This document shows positions 1 through 3,595 of a stretch of 10,350 nucleotides of DNA, piece after piece. Both the position numbers and the translations under genes were made by a program. This stretch comes from a virus. Taxonomy: Duplodnaviria; Heunggongvirae; Uroviricota; Caudoviricetes. The DNA lies in IMG/VR virus record IMGVR_UViG_3300032086_002076, positions 1 through 10,350 of that record; one strand, given 5' to 3'. Numbering within the stretch: position 1 is the stretch's first letter; the number at the start of each line of letters is the position of its first letter. The notes beneath the pieces were generated by a model, which was not told the origin of the DNA, did not search any database, and saw only the letters and a list, made by a program, of their open reading frames with translations.

Positions 1-44
1 ATTCCTTAGCAGGGAAGCCTAATAAACCGCTCTAGCAACCTTCT
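1..44 (-). tRNA. tRNA-Ser(GCU), 5' part only (3' part lies outside the window)
   Basis: Minus strand reads AGAAGGT TG CTA GAGCGGTTTAT TAG G CTTCC CT-GCT-AA GGAAT: acceptor 5' strand, D arm and anticodon arm. Confidence 0.7.
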
Positions 45-48
45 AAAA

Positions 49-187
49 ATTTAAATGAACTTAACTTGAAAAAATTAAAGGGAGGGTTTGCTTTGAGCCA
101 GTTTATCGTATTTTTACCGCAAACCTCTTCTAGTTCTGGACTGTACTATGGGTCACTTTAAAAATAACAAGCTAAGTTCATTTAAAT
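49..187 (-). repeat. 20-bp inverted repeat (49-68 / 168-187) bracketing the Ser-Ser spacer; candidate structured RNA
   Basis: atttaaatgaacttaacttg versus the reverse complement of caagctaagttcatttaaat matches 19/20. The one difference is a G.U pair on the minus strand. Confidence 0.8.
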
Positions 188-189
188 CT

Positions 190-292
190 TGGCGGTAAAG
201 GTGAGATTCGAACTCACACGTGGAGCTACTAACCCCACAAACTGTTTTCAAGACAGTCTCCGCTAACCAGTAATCTTTCGGATAACTCTACC
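190..292 (-). tRNA. tRNA-Ser(UGA), long variable arm, enlarged D loop
   Basis: Acceptor GGTAGAG/CTTTACC, anticodon arm ACTGT CT-TGA-AA ACAGT, variable arm GTGGGG..CTCCAC, T arm GTGAG TTCGAAT CTCAC, G73, encoded CCA; 103 nt. Confidence 0.92.
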
Positions 293-300
293 TGTATATT

Positions 301-377
301 TGGCGGGAACGGAGGGACTCGAACCCTCGGTCTTTACGCTGACAACGTATTGCATTAAACCACTATGCTACGCCCCC
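301..377 (-). tRNA. tRNA-Asp(GUC)
   Basis: Acceptor GGGGGCG/CGTTCCC, loop TT-GTC-AG, T arm GAGGG TTCGAGT CCCTC, G73, CCA. Confidence 0.93.
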
Positions 378-388
378 TGTTATTACTT

Positions 389-464
389 TGGTACTAGGGG
401 TAAGATTCGAACTTACAACCAACAGATTATCGGTCTGGTGCTCTACCAACTGAGCTACCCTAGT
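389..464 (-). tRNA. tRNA-Ile(GAU) with C33
   Basis: Acceptor ACTAGGG/CCCTAGT, D arm GCTC AGTTGGTA GAGC, loop CC-GAT-AA, T arm GTAAG TTCGAAT CTTAC, A73, CCA. Confidence 0.9.
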
Positions 465-466
465 AT

Positions 467-542
467 TGGCGCATTGGGAGGGACTCGAACCCCCGACCTT
501 CTGGACTTCAACCAGACACTCTACCAACTGAGTTACCGCTGC
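467..542 (-). tRNA. tRNA-Phe(GAA), atypical (G37, G73, two acceptor mismatches)
   Basis: Acceptor GCAGCGG/CCAATGC, anticodon arm TCTGG TT-GAA-GT CCAGA, T arm GGGGG TTCGAGT CCCTC, CCA. Confidence 0.85.
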
Positions 543-606
543 TTTATTCTCACGTTTTGTCTTAAGTAGTAACGTCTTTTCTACTACAGCCCTATTAAAG
601 GAAACT

Positions 607-680
607 TGGTACTCGGTAATAGAATTGAACTACTGTATCTTGCATGTAAAACAAGCGTTCTACCATTGAACTAACCGAGC
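607..680 (-). tRNA. tRNA-Val(UAC)
   Basis: Acceptor GCTCGGT/ACCGAGT, anticodon arm CTTGT TT-TAC-AT GCAAG, T loop TTCAATT, A73, CCA. Confidence 0.9.
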
Positions 681-692
681 TTTATATTAGGA

Positions 693-726
693 GCCGGTAC
701 GTGGATAAACACGCATATCATCCGGC
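693..726 (-). other. tRNA-minihelix-like remnant
   Basis: Minus strand GCCGG ATGATAT GCGTG TTTATC CACGT A CCGGC TCCTA: acceptor-like stem plus a T-arm-sized hairpin, with no D or anticodon arm. Confidence 0.3.
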
Positions 727-735
727 ATAATTCTT

Positions 736-809
736 TGGAGCAGGATGTAGGATTTTAACCTACCTGAGAAGGGTTGCAGCCAGCTACATAGACACTCTGT
801 CAATCCTGC
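736..809 (-). tRNA. tRNA-Cys(GCA), possibly degenerate
   Basis: Acceptor GCAGGAT/ATCCTGC, U73, CCA, loop CT-GCA-AC. The anticodon stem has two mismatches and the T loop is TTAAAAT. Confidence 0.7.
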
Positions 810-927
810 TTAATTTGTTTGACCCAAGGTTCACACCCTTGATATAACTAGTACCCTTAGTAGTAATTATTGTGAAGCGTTACTAGATTATCTTACACAT
901 TACACTATTCGTAGTTATAAGTCAAAT

Positions 928-1002
928 TGGAGCGGATAGGGAATATCGAAATCCCGACTCTCTGGTTGGTAACCAGAAGCTCTGCCTCTGAGCTATACCC
1001 GC
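928..1002 (-). tRNA. tRNA-Gly with ACC anticodon
   Basis: Acceptor GCGGGTA/TATCCGC (G1-C72, C2-G71, G3-C70), U73, CCA, perfect anticodon stem TCTGG TT-ACC-AA CCAGA. Confidence 0.88.
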
Positions 1003-1003
1003 A

Positions 1004-1624
1004 TTATCTTTCTTTAATATCTAAAAGTATACCACCTACACCAAAATCACCATCTTCTAGGTGGACTCTGAATTTCATAAACAGTTGTTCTTCTGTCTTA
1101 CCGTTAGGTAGTGGTATTTTTACTAATCTTACTATAGACCTACCTGACAGATAAACTTCAAAGTCTTCATCTCTAAAAGTGTCTGCTACTTCTTTAGGCC
1201 AAAAATCATAATCAGTTTTACCTATATAAGTTCTTTTATCTATACCATAATTACTCAAATACTGTTTGTTTAAATGTAACATTTCAAACATTTTATCTTT
1301 GTTTAATTGTTTAATCCAAACTGGAGCTGGTATATCTTCTATGTAAGACTCTATAGTACCTTTTCTATTTTCTAATTCTCTTATCTTAATCTCTAAATCT
1401 AATATTTTCAGAGCTTTATTAGCATTATCTTCTATAAGCTTCATATTAGATTCTTGATACTGTCTTGCTATTTGCAAGTTTGTATTAAATATATCAGCTT
1501 GTACGCTATCTTTATTACCTACATAAACTGTTAGGGAACCGAAGACTGTCACTATTGCTGTTATTGCAGCTACTAAAACCTTTGAAGATATTTCTACCTT
1601 ACTATCCTTATCTTTATCTTCCAT
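1004..1624 (-). CDS. Membrane-anchored PAS-domain protein (TM + coiled coil + PAS_4-like), no output domain; holin-like candidate
   Basis: Hydrophobic aa 17-37, heptad-like aa ~50-90, then IEDIPAPVWIK...N......G......IGKTDYDFWPKEVADTFRDED...G..GI..DI, a typical PAS pattern. SD TAAGGTGG. Confidence 0.8.
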   Translation of the reverse strand: MEDKDKDSKVEISSKVLVAAITAIVTVFGSLTVYVGNKDSVQADIFNTNLQIARQYQESNMKLIEDNANKALKILDLEIKIRELENRKGTIESYIEDIPAPVWIKQLNKDKMFEMLHLNKQYLSNYGIDKRTYIGKTDYDFWPKEVADTFRDEDFEVYLSGRSIVRLVKIPLPNGKTEEQLFMKFRVHLEDGDFGVGGILLDIKER

Positions 1625-1631
1625 ATTCCAC

Positions 1632-1660
1632 CTTACTTAATAGTTCAAGTTTTAAGTAAG
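1632..1660 (-). promoter_or_regulatory. 9-bp hairpin overlapping the SD of the PAS gene
   Basis: CTTACTTAA-N11-TTAAGTAAG, immediately followed by GTGGAATATG. Confidence 0.5.
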
Positions 1661-1739
1661 AACAGTTATATGATTATCATCTATTTATTTTTGTCATATC
1701 GTGTTCTTCATCCATATTCTAATATGATTTTCTTTGTTT

Positions 1740-1814
1740 TGGCGAAGGGACAAGGACTCGAACCCTGTTCGTCTGGTTTGGAATCAGAGGTTTTACCTGT
1801 TAAACTATCCCAAC
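1740..1814 (-). tRNA. tRNA-Trp(CCA)
   Basis: Acceptor GTTGGGA/TCCCTTC (two U.U), loop TT-CCA-AA, T arm CAGGG TTCGAGT CCTTG, G73, CCA. Confidence 0.85.
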
Positions 1815-2023
1815 TGTATTTCTATTAAATCGCCTGTTATACAGTCATGTTCTATTTGTACTTCTTCTAGAGTTAGTGAGTATCGTTCTAACTCTTCTCT
1901 TATATCGTAGTAATATAAGTCTTCATTTTCACTAGGAGTACTATCTTCTGTATCATACCTGAAGTAGTCTGTGTAGTCAACATATTCATATAAATAACTT
2001 TCCTTTAATCTATCTTTTAACAT
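1805..2023 (-). CDS. Hypothetical acidic, Tyr-rich 72-aa protein; 3' end overlaps tRNA-Trp
   Basis: SD AAGGAG 6 nt before ATG; 21 D/E, 6 K/R, 10 Y. Confidence 0.7.
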   Translation of the reverse strand: MLKDRLKESYLYEYVDYTDYFRYDTEDSTPSENEDLYYYDIREELERYSLTLEEVQIEHDCITGDLIEIQLG

Positions 2024-2189
2024 GTTGTCTCCTTTATTCGATTGCCCCTTTACGACCTCTAGGAGTTAACGCGTACAGTAAGTGTTTGTCTAGAACTAAA
2101 GACTTACCGAGATTGGTTGTAAACTTTATATCTTTTCAATAATGCTGTACACACATTATCTACTGTATATATAAAGTAACCTTGCAATA

Positions 2190-2266
2190 TGGTACATCTA
2201 CACGGATTTGAACCGAGAACGACACCTTGAAAGGGTGTTGAGATAACCTGATTTCTCCATAGATGT
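2190..2266 (-). tRNA. tRNA-Glu(UUC)
   Basis: Acceptor ACATCTA/TAGATGT, anticodon arm ACACC CT-TTC-AA GGTGT, T loop TTCAAAT, CCA. Confidence 0.9.
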
Positions 2267-2274
2267 ATAATTCT

Positions 2275-2351
2275 TGGTGAACCCGCATGGACTTGAACCA
2301 CGATAATCCATGTTATGAGCATGGTGCATTAACCTGTTATGCTAAAGGTCC
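2275..2351 (-). tRNA. tRNA with CAU anticodon, probably Ile2 (lysidine type); elongator Met not excluded
   Basis: Anticodon arm CCATG CT-CAT-AA CATGG. Acceptor GGACCTT/CGGGTTC has C4-G69 and C5-G68, the E. coli TilS determinants. Confidence 0.85.
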
Positions 2352-2438
2352 GTTATATTATTTTATACCTACTTTCAAGGGACTGTACTCACACCATTAG
2401 GATATTAAGTGAGCTTTCACACGGAAAATAATAAAACT

Positions 2439-2515
2439 TGGCGGGGTGGATAGGACTCGAACCTATTCTCTTCTGATTAACAGTCAGCCGCTTATACCGC
2501 TTAAGCTTCCTCCCC
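2439..2515 (-). tRNA. tRNA-Asn(GUU)
   Basis: Acceptor GGGGAGG/CCACCCC, loop CT-GTT-AA, T arm ATAGG TTCGAGT CCTAT, G73, CCA; A8. Confidence 0.92.
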
Positions 2516-2535
2516 TATTTCTTTACAATTTACAT

Positions 2536-2611
2536 AGGGGTGACCTATGGGATTTGAACCCATGAAATCTAGAGTCACATTCTAGGACTTTACCAACTAA
2601 GCTAAGGCCAC
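2536..2611 (-). tRNA. tRNA-His(GUG), no encoded G-1, 3' end CCU
   Basis: Acceptor GTGGCCT/AGGTCAC, anticodon arm CTAGA AT-GTG-AC TCTAG, T arm ATGGG TTCAAAT CCCAT, C73 followed by CCT. Confidence 0.82.
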
Positions 2612-2623
2612 ACCTATATAAAC

Positions 2624-2698
2624 TGGTGCTCAATCAAGGAATTGAACCCTGAACTACGGATTACAAAACCGTTGTTTTACCAGTTAAACTAATCAAGC
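2624..2698 (-). tRNA. tRNA-Thr(UGU)
   Basis: Acceptor GCTTGAT/ATTGAGC, loop TT-TGT-AA, T arm CAGGG TTCAATT CCTTG, CCA. Confidence 0.9.
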
Positions 2699-2700
2699 TT

Positions 2701-2776
2701 TGGTGGGCGCAGTGAGATTCGAACTCACAACCTACTGGTTAAAAGCCAGTTACTCTACGCATTGAGTTATACGCCC
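2701..2776 (-). tRNA. tRNA-Lys(UUU)
   Basis: Acceptor GGGCGTA/TGCGCCC, anticodon arm ACTGG CT-TTT-AA CCAGT, T arm GTGAG TTCGAAT CTCAC, A73, CCA. Confidence 0.95.
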
Positions 2777-2848
2777 ATAAGTATTAATATTTGTATTATG
2801 TATGTTACTATGTATCGTTTGTTTAGTAACTAGCGTTATATTCAACAC
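2750..2848 (-). CDS. Candidate 32-aa small ORF (MLNITLVTKQTIHSNIHNTNINTYGRITQCVE) ending inside tRNA-Lys
   Basis: AAGGAG then 7 nt then GTG; open to the TAA at 2750-2752. Too short for the supplied ORF track. Confidence 0.3.
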   Translation of the reverse strand: MLNITLVTKQTIHSNIHNTNINTYGRITQCVE

Positions 2849-2882
2849 GTTATTTCTCCTTTATCTAAGTTAATGTTTCTAT

Positions 2883-2959
2883 TGGTGAAGAGGGAGTGAT
2901 TCGAACACTCAACGGTCAGATTTACAGTCTGAGTCCCTTACCATTGGGGATTCCTCTAC
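2883..2959 (-). tRNA. tRNA-Tyr(GUA) with short variable loop
   Basis: Anticodon arm TCAGA CT-GTA-AA TCTGA, variable loop CCGTT (5 nt), T arm GAGTG TTCGAAT CACTC, A73, CCA. Confidence 0.87.
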
Positions 2960-2967
2960 ATTCTAAT

Positions 2968-3044
2968 TGGTTGCGAGTACCGGACTCGAACCGGTGCATA
3001 ACGGGATATGAACCCATCCATCTTCCAACTGATTGTAACTCGCT
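2968..3044 (-). tRNA. Initiator tRNA-fMet(CAU)
   Basis: A1.A72 mismatch, anticodon stem ATGGG/CCCGT with three consecutive G-C pairs, loop TT-CAT-AT, A73, CCA. Confidence 0.9.
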
Positions 3045-3062
3045 TTAATTTTCAATAACAGT

Positions 3063-3091
3063 ATTCTATAACTGTTTATTTGTTTTGTCAA
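3063..3091 (-). promoter_or_regulatory. sigma70-type promoter upstream of tRNA-fMet
   Basis: TTGACA-17 nt-TAGAAT with AT-rich upstream sequence. Confidence 0.85.
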
Positions 3092-3119
3092 CACTTATTT
3101 AAAAGTATTTACATTTAAT

Positions 3120-3195
3120 TGGTCAAGGTGATAGGACTCGAACCTATGACATCTCAGTTCCAAACCGAGGACTCTACCGACTGAGCTACACCTAG
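3120..3195 (-). tRNA. tRNA-Pro(UGG) with A37
   Basis: Acceptor CTAGGTG/CACCTTG (C1-G72), A73, anticodon arm CTCGG TT-TGG-AA CTGAG, T arm ATAGG TTCGAGT CCTAT, CCA. Confidence 0.92.
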
Positions 3196-3223
3196 ATTGT
3201 TTTATTTTACATTAAAGACTAAT

Positions 3224-3252
3224 ATAATAACACTGACATTTCTTTTTGTCAA
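3224..3252 (-). promoter_or_regulatory. sigma70-type promoter at the head of the tRNA cluster
   Basis: TTGACA-17 nt-TATTAT with an extended -10 TG and upstream A-tracts. Confidence 0.82.
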
Positions 3253-3272
3253 GTCTTTTTTGTGTTTTATTT

Positions 3273-3298
3273 AAAGAAGAGAGGTATTTCTACCTCTC
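3273..3298 (-). terminator. Intrinsic terminator closing the fibre module
   Basis: GAGAGGTA-GAAA-TACCTCTC followed by TTCTTT; overlaps the TAG of the 101-aa gene. Confidence 0.75.
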
Positions 3299-3595
3299 AT
3301 CAATTTTGAAGAACATTGTTCTCTCTTCTATCTCACCAGAATTAGTAGTGATTCTACAAGTTAACTCGCAAAAACGAGGAACCGTACCACCACTAACTCT
3401 AGCATGTACTTTTAAGGTTTCTACTGTAAAGTTTTCTAATACAATATCGCCTCTGTTTACTGTTACATCAGCAGAAAAGATAGTACTTTCTCTTTTAAGA
3501 AGCCACTCTGTCCAATCAAACGTATAGTTTAAAACTGAACTTGGGTCTTTCTTAAAATGTACTACTTTCCTCTGTCTACTACAATAACCTCTCAT
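3290..3595 (-). CDS. Small virion protein, fibre-tail adaptor-like
   Basis: KDPSSVLNYTFDWTEWL ... V.GG ... TC.ITT..G...ERT pattern, recalled as the Gp77-like fibre-tail adaptor family. ATGA overlap with the upstream gene; SD AGGAG. Confidence 0.7.
   Translation of the reverse strand: MRGYCSRQRKVVHFKKDPSSVLNYTFDWTEWLLKRESTIFSADVTVNRGDIVLENFTVETLKVHARVSGGTVPRFCELTCRITTNSGEIEERTMFFKIDER

Noticed and set aside
190-292. Selenocysteine tRNA
   Set aside because: The anticodon is UGA (reads Ser UCA), not UCA, and the acceptor stem is 7 bp.
300-569. 89-aa plus-strand ORF
   Set aside because: Antisense to tRNA-Asp, -Ile and -Phe; no RBS; typical shadow ORF of tRNA genes.
927-1154. 75-aa plus-strand ORF
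   Set aside because: Antisense to tRNA-Gly and the PAS gene; no supporting signals.
2041-2110. Possible degenerate tRNA or suppressor (UUCUAGA loop)
   Set aside because: Only a GGUAAGU/ACUUACU hairpin and a weak second stem; no T loop, no CCA, and no stem around the CUA triplet.
2104-2322. 72-aa minus-strand ORF
   Set aside because: Starts inside the CAU tRNA and spans tRNA-Glu; no SD.
138-2389. Hairpin, twister or theta ribozyme suggested by ACAGUCC in the spacers
   Set aside because: The partner elements were not found: no AGAA loop-A strand pairing with the flanks, no CCYAAGC twister loop, no HDV-like nested pseudoknot after a tRNA 3' end.
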